Origin: an uncultured virus (IMG/VR IMGVR_UViG_3300037963_005433)
Lineage: Duplodnaviria; Heunggongvirae; Uroviricota; Caudoviricetes
Virus record (IMG/VR): IMGVR_UViG_3300037963_005433
Location: 1-64,000 of that record
Length of the DNA: 64,000 nt
Direction: 5' to 3' (one strand)
Shown here: positions 28,053-36,117 of the stretch, piece after piece
Layout: each line of letters starts with the position of its first letter
Position numbering within the stretch: position 1 is the stretch's first letter
Notes under the pieces: generated by a model
Told to the model about the DNA's origin: nothing
What the model saw: the letters and a program-made list of their open reading frames with translations, nothing else
Databases searched by the model: none
Program-made: the position numbers and the translations under genes

Positions 28053-28640
28053 TTAGACCTGAGAAAACACGACATTCGGGGGTTGGTGTTGATACTTACC
28101 CTTCCGATCTTGGTAGCTAGTTTGGCACGGCTCACCCCGATAGAAGAGAAGCTGTGTAATGCCTTCGTTGGCATAAATGCGATTAAAGAGCGGAGTACAG
28201 TTACTGATTTCCAATGTCAAATATCCTTCCCAACCACTTTCAGCTGGTGTGATGTTCACCAAAATACCTGACCGTGCATAAGTAGATTTACCGACTGCTA
28301 CTACAGTTACATCACGAGGCAGTTTGAGACGTTCCATGGCAACGCCCAAGCAATAACCAAAGGGAGGCAGCAGAAAATATTGGCCCTTTTCATCTTCTAA
28401 AAGCTCTGTAGGACGGAGAATTTCAGGGTTGAAATCCTTAGGATCCGATTCGCCAATATCAATACGTCCAAAAACTAAGCATTGCTCAGGGGACAAACGG
28501 ATGTCGTACCCATAAGAACCCAAGCCGTAACTAAGTAACTTCTTACCGTCTTCTTCGCTAACCAACTTATCAGCGAAAGGAGCAATCATCTCCTTTTCTT
28601 CAGCCAACTGCTTGATTTCCCAGTCTGCAAGTACGCTCAT
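28053..28640 (-). CDS. dcd: dCTP deaminase
   Basis: SYGLGSYGYDIRL, GKSTYARSG, TPAESGWEGYLTLEISN, YQDRKGKYQ. Confidence 0.95.
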   Translation of the reverse strand: MSVLADWEIKQLAEEKEMIAPFADKLVSEEDGKKLLSYGLGSYGYDIRLSPEQCLVFGRIDIGESDPKDFNPEILRPTELLEDEKGQYFLLPPFGYCLGVAMERLKLPRDVTVVAVGKSTYARSGILVNITPAESGWEGYLTLEISNCTPLFNRIYANEGITQLLFYRGEPCQTSYQDRKGKYQHQPPNVVFSQV

Positions 28641-28673
28641 CGCAACAATTAATCGTACTTCAGTATAGGTAAC

Positions 28674-29261
28674 TCAACAAAGAATACGTCCTTTTTCTGA
28701 GTAGATATCAATGAAATTTTCGGTAGCTTTTGTTGAGTCACCGATAGGTGGCAGATAGACCAAAAAGGATGTACACGTTTTCTTTTTACTGATGCCTTCA
28801 CTTGTGTTCCGTACAAGAATCGGCGCAGTTTTTAAGATACACATTGGAAAATCAAATATCTTTTGTTCGTAACGAAACATGTCAGGACAGTTTGTAAAAT
28901 ACAAGCCTTCTTTTATTTCCCTTGCCAACCAGCAGCGGTACATCTTTCTAAACCAAACTGCATGGGAAGAAACCAAAGTAGGAGACGATGCACGTGTCAT
29001 CTTCCAACGATCATTTTTTTTATCCCAAAAGTAAGTGCCTCTTGGTGGAAATAAGTATGCACTCCCGTGCCATTGTTGTGCATTCAACCCATCATCAGAC
29101 GGTGTGAAATATTGAGCAGCTTCGACGTAAGTATTGGCAGTTTTGGAACTAGCCACGTCAAGGTCAATGCCATCCATCAAAGCGTGGGCAGCAGTGACCA
29201 AGTCGTAATTAGTAATTAATTCAATATCTTCTACACGCTTTCGAATATCTTGGATTGCCAT
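28674..29261 (-). CDS. Phage Dam-like N6-adenine methyltransferase fold with altered catalytic motif
   Basis: IDLDVAS..AN..YFT..DDGL..QW.G.AYLFPPR (NPPY expected). Confidence 0.6.
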   Translation of the reverse strand: MAIQDIRKRVEDIELITNYDLVTAAHALMDGIDLDVASSKTANTYVEAAQYFTPSDDGLNAQQWHGSAYLFPPRGTYFWDKKNDRWKMTRASSPTLVSSHAVWFRKMYRCWLAREIKEGLYFTNCPDMFRYEQKIFDFPMCILKTAPILVRNTSEGISKKKTCTSFLVYLPPIGDSTKATENFIDIYSEKGRILC

Positions 29262-29647
29262 CAGGAATCAGTAACCAAGTTATAGTCAATTTCAAAATAA
29301 CGCATTCCGTCAGCATCGTTGATGATATAACCCGCTTTTTCAGTAGGGTCTATCTTCTGTGCAGCGGCCAGAATACGACGAAAGCTTTCTGCAACATCAC
29401 CGTCATTCTTGCCTTCGCATTCTTCTTGCGCTGCATGAATTTCTTTCAGCGTCAAAAAGAACATTGAGCGTTCTTTGTTTTGTGGTTGGAACACCATCAC
29501 CCCTGGACCTTCGTATTCCCACATCTTCATATACTGCTGACCCATGTCACCAAGAATAAACTTGATTGTGGTGTCCAGCATTTGTGCTTTTTCTGTATCC
29601 ATATCGGGTCCGATGATGGATGCAAGCAATTTTTCGCGACGGCTCAT
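29261..29647 (-). CDS. Hypothetical protein
   Basis: Coupled to both neighbours. Confidence 0.7.
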   Translation of the reverse strand: MSRREKLLASIIGPDMDTEKAQMLDTTIKFILGDMGQQYMKMWEYEGPGVMVFQPQNKERSMFFLTLKEIHAAQEECEGKNDGDVAESFRRILAAAQKIDPTEKAGYIINDADGMRYFEIDYNLVTDS

Positions 29648-30102
29648 TTTTCTAAAAGTCCTTGACGGTGCAGTGATTCCAATAACTTAGGCATCGGCTG
29701 ATATAAGACAACCATTTTACCTAGAACGCCTCTTCTCTTTACTAATTTTCCTTCGGCATCCCGAACCTTATCAAATTCACCTGAGCGAATCAAATATTCA
29801 GCCACACAACGTAATCTACGTTTCAAGGGAAGTTCTGCTTGAGGAAATTTCCCACAGATAGTGTCTGGTTGCATGTCTTGAAACGCCAGACGAAGACGAT
29901 TTGCCAGTGTCATTCCGGAATTTGCGTCTTCCTCCTCATAATTTTTTAAGTTTTCTAGGTAACGACGCAGGCAATCGTCGTCAAATGACCCCATCGGCGG
30001 TAAAAAATCCGCGATTTGCAGAACAATAGACTCAGGAAGAACCTGAGTATGGTTCTCTATAGTCACTTCTGCAATATTCACGTTTTTAAAGCGATGGGCC
30101 AT
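29644..30102 (-). CDS. Hypothetical protein (probable start 30102, MAHRFK...)
   Basis: ATG immediately after the upstream stop; possible winged-helix C-terminus. Confidence 0.65.
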   Translation of the reverse strand: MAHRFKNVNIAEVTIENHTQVLPESIVLQIADFLPPMGSFDDDCLRRYLENLKNYEEEDANSGMTLANRLRLAFQDMQPDTICGKFPQAELPLKRRLRCVAEYLIRSGEFDKVRDAEGKLVKRRGVLGKMVVLYQPMPKLLESLHRQGLLEK

Positions 30103-30103
30103 A

Positions 30104-30517
30104 TCACAACTTGTCGGGACCGCTGGATTGGTACATAGGTGCGTAGCCTGTTCGGTAATCCTGCGGGGTAAATTCCCTGTTTTTGGCGAAAGATTCCACC
30201 AATTGGTTCCAGGGGATACGGATAACGGCCTTTTTCCCTGGATCAGGGCACGCATTAACGTAATGAATACCTTCAACCCAGCCTTTGCTCGGGTCTTTTC
30301 GACCCAACGCCATCCAATTTCGTAGAGTTTGGTCCGAAACATTTAATCGTCTAGCGCATTCCTCGGTTGACAGGTATTCGTCAGCGTAAGCCTGTGGGTT
30401 TAAGTAATCGGTTTCTCCGGTGGAGTAACGACTATGCCACATAGAAGCCAGAATATTACGGATCCCCTTAAGTTCCCAAGCAATATCTTCGAATCCCTTA
30501 CGGATACCGTATTTCAT
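30104..30517 (-). CDS. MerR/excisionase-like HTH protein
   Basis: YLSTEECARRLNVSDQTLRNW..WVEGIHY. Confidence 0.78.
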   Translation of the reverse strand: MKYGIRKGFEDIAWELKGIRNILASMWHSRYSTGETDYLNPQAYADEYLSTEECARRLNVSDQTLRNWMALGRKDPSKGWVEGIHYVNACPDPGKKAVIRIPWNQLVESFAKNREFTPQDYRTGYAPMYQSSGPDKL

Positions 30518-30571
30518 AACAACAAAACCTTTTACTGAATGCTAGCCTTTGGGAAAAGAATTCGCTTTAAA

Positions 30572-30856
30572 ATGGAAGAACAAGTTTCTCCTAGCCAACA
30601 ACCAGACTTTCCACAAATTTCTCCTGAGCAGCTTGCTGAAATGAAGCGTATTGCCAGAGAAAGGGCGATGCAGCAGACTTTGGCAGAAAAAATGGCTACC
30701 CAACAACCCCAAAAAGTTGTTTATGTCCGTCGTAATCTTACTGTTGCTGAGCTTGTTCTTGTTGTTTTGCTTGCCTGTGGATTAGTCACTGGCGTGCAAT
30801 TCAGTTGGAACATCGCAACCAATGTCTTACCACGGATTGAAATCCGGATGAAGTAA
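30572..30856 (+). CDS. Membrane protein
   Basis: TM segment LTVAELVLVVLLACGLVTGV; likely ATG at 30572. Confidence 0.65.
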   Translation: MEEQVSPSQQPDFPQISPEQLAEMKRIARERAMQQTLAEKMATQQPQKVVYVRRNLTVAELVLVVLLACGLVTGVQFSWNIATNVLPRIEIRMK

Positions 30857-30910
30857 GGTATTGGACTAACGCAACTATAATTGATTTAAGGGAATTTATG
30901 TGAATAGGTA

Positions 30911-32905
30911 GTGGCTAATCGCAGGATCAGCGAATTACAAGAGATCGCAGGTATTGACCTAGCGGAAGCCGACCTATTTACGGTGGTACAGGTCGCTGAA
31001 GCCGACCCGGCTATTAAGAATAAAAAGCTAACAATCTCTGGGACCAAGGCGTATTTAGATATTTTCTATTTACCGAGGACTGGTGGCACGGTCAGTGGGT
31101 CCGTAACGATCCAAGAAGACCTTACTGTCAGTGGTCTTTCTACCTTATCGAGTGGTCTTAACGTCACTCAAACAGGAAATATTGAGACATTATTTGTCTC
31201 TGGTAATGCAACTATTACCGGCACGACATCAGGTACCACTTTTACTGGTACGACGATTAACGCAACAAATATTACTGCAAATGAGCTGACTGCAACAACA
31301 TTCAGCATTACAACCCTGTCAGGCGTCTCTGGTATCTTCACAGACACCGTGATTGCAACCACGGGTACGATTACCGGCGCAACGGGTGCATTTACTCGAA
31401 TTGTTGGTCAAAGTGGCGTTGTTAGTAATACCTTAGAAGTTGGAACAATTACTGGTGATTTCGGTGCTTTTGGTACCGTCACCGGCGTCAATATCCTTGG
31501 CACGACTCAGGTTTCTGGTGCTACCGTCACGGGTCAGGAAGCGGAGTTTACATCAGGCACCTTCCAAACCTTGCTTACTGATGGGTTTGTTACCCAAGGT
31601 GATTTAACAGTTTCGGGTACCTTTATCGCAGAGGGGTCGGGCTTCTTCTCTTCCGGTGTCAATATAACTGGCACGTTGAGTGGAACAACCGTCACCGGAA
31701 CCAACGCTCAGTTTACAAACGTCACTGGCGTTAATGTTATTGGAACCACACAAGTTTCTGGTGGAACCGTTACTGGTGGATTGGCTCAGTTCACGACCTT
31801 AACCGGTGGTACTGCAGGGTTTACAACAGTTACTGGTAATACAGTCACAGGCAATACCGGTAACTTCACTTCGATCAATGCGATCACCGCTAACTTCACC
31901 ACGGGTGTTATCCGTGAAGAATTAACGGTTACCGGAGACGCAGACGTCAAAGGCACATTTATTGCCGAAGGTTCCGGCTTCTTTTCCTCAGGTGTTCACA
32001 TCACGGGTGAGGTCAGTGGTGTCACCTTTACAGGCACGGCTGCAGGCTTTACGACTGTCACTGGAACTACAGTTACCGGCACCACAGTCAACGCTGTTAC
32101 TGGTGTTTACACCACCCTGCTGTCTGGCGCGACCGTTACCGGCAACACCCTGCAAGCCACCACTATCACCGGCGGCACTGCTGGCGTCACCACCCTTACT
32201 GGTGCAACCGTTACAGGTACTAACGCAAATTTTGCTACAGGTACCTTCGGAAACCTTTTCGTCAATGTTCATACAATTACTGGCAGCCTTACCGTTTCCG
32301 GTGATTTAGAGGTTGATGGGGACGCTAGCTTCGCGTCAGGCGTCAACGTTACAGGAACTCTAAGCGGAACAACCGTCACTGGAACCAATGCGCAGTTCAC
32401 CAATATCACTGGTGTCACTGTTGTTGGTACCACCACTGTTTCCGGGGCAACTGTCACTGGTAATACAGGCCAGTTTACCAATGTCACTGGTGGAGCAGCA
32501 GGTTTTACGACTGTTACAGGTACCACTGTTACCGGTACATCTGCACAGTTTGTCGGTGGTAACTTTGCGACCAGTGTTACGGGCACCACGATTACAGGTA
32601 CGACAGTCAATGCAGTAACTGGCGTTTATACAACCTTACTTTCCGGAGCCACCGTCACTGGTAATACGGGCCAATTCACAACACTTACGGGTGGTACCGC
32701 AGGCTTTACCACCGTCACAGGAACGACTGTTACAGGAACAACCGCAAACTTTGCCAGTGGTGTCTTCTCTGTACAAGCGTCAGGCGTGACAATTACTGGA
32801 ACAAGCGGTCTTTTTGGGACCACGCTGCAGATTAGTGGTGCCAATGTTGCTACTACTGCAATCTCAGAAGAGAACTCAATTGTGTTTGCAATTGCCCTTG
32901 GTTAA
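30911..32905 (+). CDS. Thr/Gly-rich repeat fibre protein
   Basis: MANRRISEL N-terminal anchor, many G(T/A)TVTG repeats, C-terminal VFAIALG. Confidence 0.75.
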   Translation: MANRRISELQEIAGIDLAEADLFTVVQVAEADPAIKNKKLTISGTKAYLDIFYLPRTGGTVSGSVTIQEDLTVSGLSTLSSGLNVTQTGNIETLFVSGNATITGTTSGTTFTGTTINATNITANELTATTFSITTLSGVSGIFTDTVIATTGTITGATGAFTRIVGQSGVVSNTLEVGTITGDFGAFGTVTGVNILGTTQVSGATVTGQEAEFTSGTFQTLLTDGFVTQGDLTVSGTFIAEGSGFFSSGVNITGTLSGTTVTGTNAQFTNVTGVNVIGTTQVSGGTVTGGLAQFTTLTGGTAGFTTVTGNTVTGNTGNFTSINAITANFTTGVIREELTVTGDADVKGTFIAEGSGFFSSGVHITGEVSGVTFTGTAAGFTTVTGTTVTGTTVNAVTGVYTTLLSGATVTGNTLQATTITGGTAGVTTLTGATVTGTNANFATGTFGNLFVNVHTITGSLTVSGDLEVDGDASFASGVNVTGTLSGTTVTGTNAQFTNITGVTVVGTTTVSGATVTGNTGQFTNVTGGAAGFTTVTGTTVTGTSAQFVGGNFATSVTGTTITGTTVNAVTGVYTTLLSGATVTGNTGQFTTLTGGTAGFTTVTGTTVTGTTANFASGVFSVQASGVTITGTSGLFGTTLQISGANVATTAISEENSIVFAIALG

Positions 32906-32948
32906 AAGCCTTATAATTAAGGAAACTGTGATCTGTATCTATAAATAA

Positions 32949-33320
32949 ATGGCCCGTTTCATTTCGGTTGTTAGGCAGAGTATCGGTAGCGGGTCAGGCA
33001 ATGTCACTCCCGTTATTACCGGCACTACAAACTCAAGTGGTGTCCCTGCCAATACCTATGGTGTTTTGTTAAGTGTTTTGGCTTCTAACACCAGTGCCAA
33101 CGCACAGAACGTAACTGTTGAATTGGTTAAGTCCGGTGCCAGTGTTACTGGTTCCTTGGTGACATCTGGTGTCGTTCCCAATCAATCTTCGCTTGAATTT
33201 TTGACTGGCAATAAAGTAATTGTCGAGTCAGAAGATGTCATCCGAGCATATGCCGGTACCGGTAACGCCGTTGATGTCACCGTTTCATACATGCTGAATT
33301 CCCAAGACAACAACATCTGA
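32949..33320 (+). CDS. Small beta-rich fibre-associated protein
   Basis: GNKVIVE..DVIRA motif; position in the fibre module. Confidence 0.6.
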   Translation: MARFISVVRQSIGSGSGNVTPVITGTTNSSGVPANTYGVLLSVLASNTSANAQNVTVELVKSGASVTGSLVTSGVVPNQSSLEFLTGNKVIVESEDVIRAYAGTGNAVDVTVSYMLNSQDNNI

Positions 33321-33322
33321 TC

Positions 33323-35272
33323 ATGCCTTATATCGGTAACGTCATCAATTCTTTTGCTGTTGAAACTGGTAATATTAATGACCAGGCTGTAACAGCATCG
33401 AAGCTTAGTGCCACCGGTGGAACCAATGGTCAGGTTCTTGCGCTTGATTCTAATTTAAACCTTGAATGGGTAGCTGATCCTGCAGGTCAGTGGGTAACGG
33501 GAGACTCCAATGTTCTCACCTATTCAGAAGGCAATGTTGGCATTGGTGTAACGGCACCAACGTCTATCTTGGATGTGCGAGATAACCAAGATGGTGATGC
33601 AGCTGAAATTAAACTTTTTAACCTTGATCAAGGTAATACAACGACTCAAACTGCTGCTTTAGTCATGACGCCCGACGTTCGGGCAAATGGAGCAGAAATT
33701 TCTGTTGTTAAAGAAAACGCAGACTTTACGGCAAATGCTGATAAGGACGTAGCAATAACTTTCGCTCCTGTTTTGAATAACGCGGCAGCTGAGCGGATGC
33801 GTATCGATAGCTCGGGGCGGTTGTTGATTGGAACGACTGCCGCAGCTACCGCAGTACCCCCATCAGAATCTACTGCTTCTCTGCTGCAAGTATCAGCAAC
33901 AAACAACCCTGTTTCTATTGGATTAGTTAGATCTGATACTTCTATAACTAACGGTAACATTTTTGGCGGCATTCATTGGTACGGCACAGATACAACGTCT
34001 AACACTCCAACAATTCATGCTTCTATACAAGCTGCTGCAGATGGTGATCATGCAGCTGGAGATAATCCAAGCCGTCTTACATTTAGTACCACAGCAGACG
34101 GTGCAGCGACAGTAACCGAGCAACTGCGTATCAGTAGTGATGGAACTGTTGCTGTTACTGATAACTTAACAGTTAATGGGGTCCAGTATCCAGATGCTGG
34201 TCCGTTGAGCAATCGCAACCTGATCATCAATGGTGCGATGAACGTAGCGCAGCGTGGGACAACTCAAGCAAACGTTGCTGATAGTGCGAGCGAAGGCTAC
34301 AACACTATTGATCGCTTTGGAATACATTTTGCTAACTCTGCTGGAGGTGTTTGTACAATCAACCAAAGTACTACAACACCTACTCTTACTCAAGGTAGTT
34401 TCAGTCATTCTTATCACGTAGATGTAACAACAGCTGATACTTCACTTGCTGCTAATCATTACATTGTTGTTTTTCAGTTTATTGAAGCACAGGACATAAG
34501 AAATAGCGGGTGGGACTTTACAAATACAAATAGCCGTTTGACTTTATCGTTCTGGGCAAGATCGTCATTAGCTGGAACTTACTGTTGTCACTTAAGACAA
34601 GAGGACGTTACTAGCAGATACTATACTTTTGAATATACACTTGAAGCAGACACTTGGTTACACGTCACTCATTCTGTTCCAGGGGACGCAAGCGCTGAAT
34701 TTGATGACAACGCTAATGCAGGTTTAAGAGTCGGGTGGATGCTTGCGGCAGGTACAGATAGGGATAATGCTACAGCTAACCAATGGGCGACAAACATTGG
34801 AAACCCGGCAACATCTAATCAAGTCAATTTCTTTAATAACACTGCTAATGATTTCTTTTTGACGGGCGTCCAGCTGGAGGTCGGTGATCAGGCAACACCG
34901 TTTGAGCACAGAACTTTCGGTGATGATTTAGATAAGTGCAAGCGTTACTTCCAACGATATACCAATACTACTGGTTCTGCTTTTACAACAGGGATAAACG
35001 GAATTTTCAACAGTGACACACAATGTGCTCATGCATTCCCCTTCCAAAAAACAATGAGAGCCGCACCATCGTTTGCTATTAGCCAAACGAGTGATTTTGA
35101 CCTTGAACCTTTTGATGAACAACCAGATTCCGCTCCAACTCTTTTTGGCACTCCGAGCACAGACATAGCTATCATTGAAGCTACTTCACCAACGTCTCGC
35201 ACAAAAGGATTTGCCAGTATGTTAACAATAGATGTTGCCAATGGCTTCTTTGAATTCGATGCAGAACTTTAA
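33323..35272 (+). CDS. Tail fibre protein 1
   Basis: MPYIGN start, ERMRIDSSG repeat, NRNLIINGAMNVAQRG..TGVQLEVG..ATPFEHR..CKRYFQ domain. Confidence 0.85.
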   Translation: MPYIGNVINSFAVETGNINDQAVTASKLSATGGTNGQVLALDSNLNLEWVADPAGQWVTGDSNVLTYSEGNVGIGVTAPTSILDVRDNQDGDAAEIKLFNLDQGNTTTQTAALVMTPDVRANGAEISVVKENADFTANADKDVAITFAPVLNNAAAERMRIDSSGRLLIGTTAAATAVPPSESTASLLQVSATNNPVSIGLVRSDTSITNGNIFGGIHWYGTDTTSNTPTIHASIQAAADGDHAAGDNPSRLTFSTTADGAATVTEQLRISSDGTVAVTDNLTVNGVQYPDAGPLSNRNLIINGAMNVAQRGTTQANVADSASEGYNTIDRFGIHFANSAGGVCTINQSTTTPTLTQGSFSHSYHVDVTTADTSLAANHYIVVFQFIEAQDIRNSGWDFTNTNSRLTLSFWARSSLAGTYCCHLRQEDVTSRYYTFEYTLEADTWLHVTHSVPGDASAEFDDNANAGLRVGWMLAAGTDRDNATANQWATNIGNPATSNQVNFFNNTANDFFLTGVQLEVGDQATPFEHRTFGDDLDKCKRYFQRYTNTTGSAFTTGINGIFNSDTQCAHAFPFQKTMRAAPSFAISQTSDFDLEPFDEQPDSAPTLFGTPSTDIAIIEATSPTSRTKGFASMLTIDVANGFFEFDAEL

Positions 35273-35274
35273 TT

Positions 35275-35436
35275 ATGACTAAGCCTTACAAACTGGTTGT
35301 TAACTATCGCGGTGAAAATGCCTGCATTTTTCGGGTACATGACAACACTTCTATTCCATATTGCGAAGACAATAGGGATTATCAAGAGTATCTTGATTGG
35401 GTTGCTGAAGGCAACACACCTGATCCTGCTGACTGA
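35275..35436 (+). CDS. 53-aa fibre assembly/chaperone-like protein (not in ORF track)
   Basis: SIP...NRDYQEYLDWVAEGNTPDPAD motif, commonly found after phage fibre genes. Confidence 0.7.
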   Translation: MTKPYKLVVNYRGENACIFRVHDNTSIPYCEDNRDYQEYLDWVAEGNTPDPAD

Positions 35437-35495
35437 AACCGAATAATTGAATTTGGAATCAGTGCTTGATAAAATAAAAACAAAAGGATTTTAAA

Positions 35496-35846
35496 ATGGC
35501 TGTAACCACCACCTGGAACGTTGGGACTTTAGATTCCGCGCCAACAGAAGGTTCTCTCACTGATGTAGTGAAAACTGTACATTGGACTGTTTCTGCTGAA
35601 GAAACTGTCACCGTTGATGGTGTTGAAACCACCTACACCGCTTCCTCTTATGGTTCCGTCGGTCTGGAAGCTCCAGATGCTTCTGACTACACTGCTTTTG
35701 CAGACATCACTCTTTCTGGTGCTATCGATTGGGCCAAGGGTGCTATTGGAACTGATGAAGTAACAGCTCTCGAAAGCGGCTTGGCGAACAACATCGCTAA
35801 GCAAAAAAATCCCCCTATCGAATCAAAGCCCTTACCCTGGGCTTGA
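35496..35846 (+). CDS. Fibre-associated hypothetical protein
   Basis: TTTWNV..VVKTVHW..SSYGSVGL..LPW. Confidence 0.7.
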   Translation: MAVTTTWNVGTLDSAPTEGSLTDVVKTVHWTVSAEETVTVDGVETTYTASSYGSVGLEAPDASDYTAFADITLSGAIDWAKGAIGTDEVTALESGLANNIAKQKNPPIESKPLPWA

Positions 35847-35884
35847 TAATTAATCTATAATTTGTTTAGTCCTTATCCACTACC

Positions 35885-36079
35885 ATGGCCTCTGTTCAGG
35901 AAAAGTTTGACTCCACTGTTGCAGAATTGCAAGCAACCGTTGATGAGTACAACAATGCTGCCAAAGTGATGGAAGCAGCCAAAGAAAAAGCCATTGCCCT
36001 TCAAGGTGCTGCACAAACTCTTCGGGAACTTCTTGATGATGAAGCAGCCCCTGAAGTAGTCACCCCGGAAGCCGAGTGA
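35885..36079 (+). CDS. Small coiled-coil protein
   Basis: TATAAT at 35856-35861; LQGA heptad. Confidence 0.65.
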   Translation: MASVQEKFDSTVAELQATVDEYNNAAKVMEAAKEKAIALQGAAQTLRELLDDEAAPEVVTPEAE

Positions 36080-36117
36080 AGTAAAATAGGAACATATAAA
36101 TAAGTTCCTATATCTAA

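Noticed and set aside
30103..30342. N-terminal extension of ORF 29644..30342
   Set aside because: It overlaps the HTH gene; the ATG at 30102 right after the HTH stop is a more natural start.
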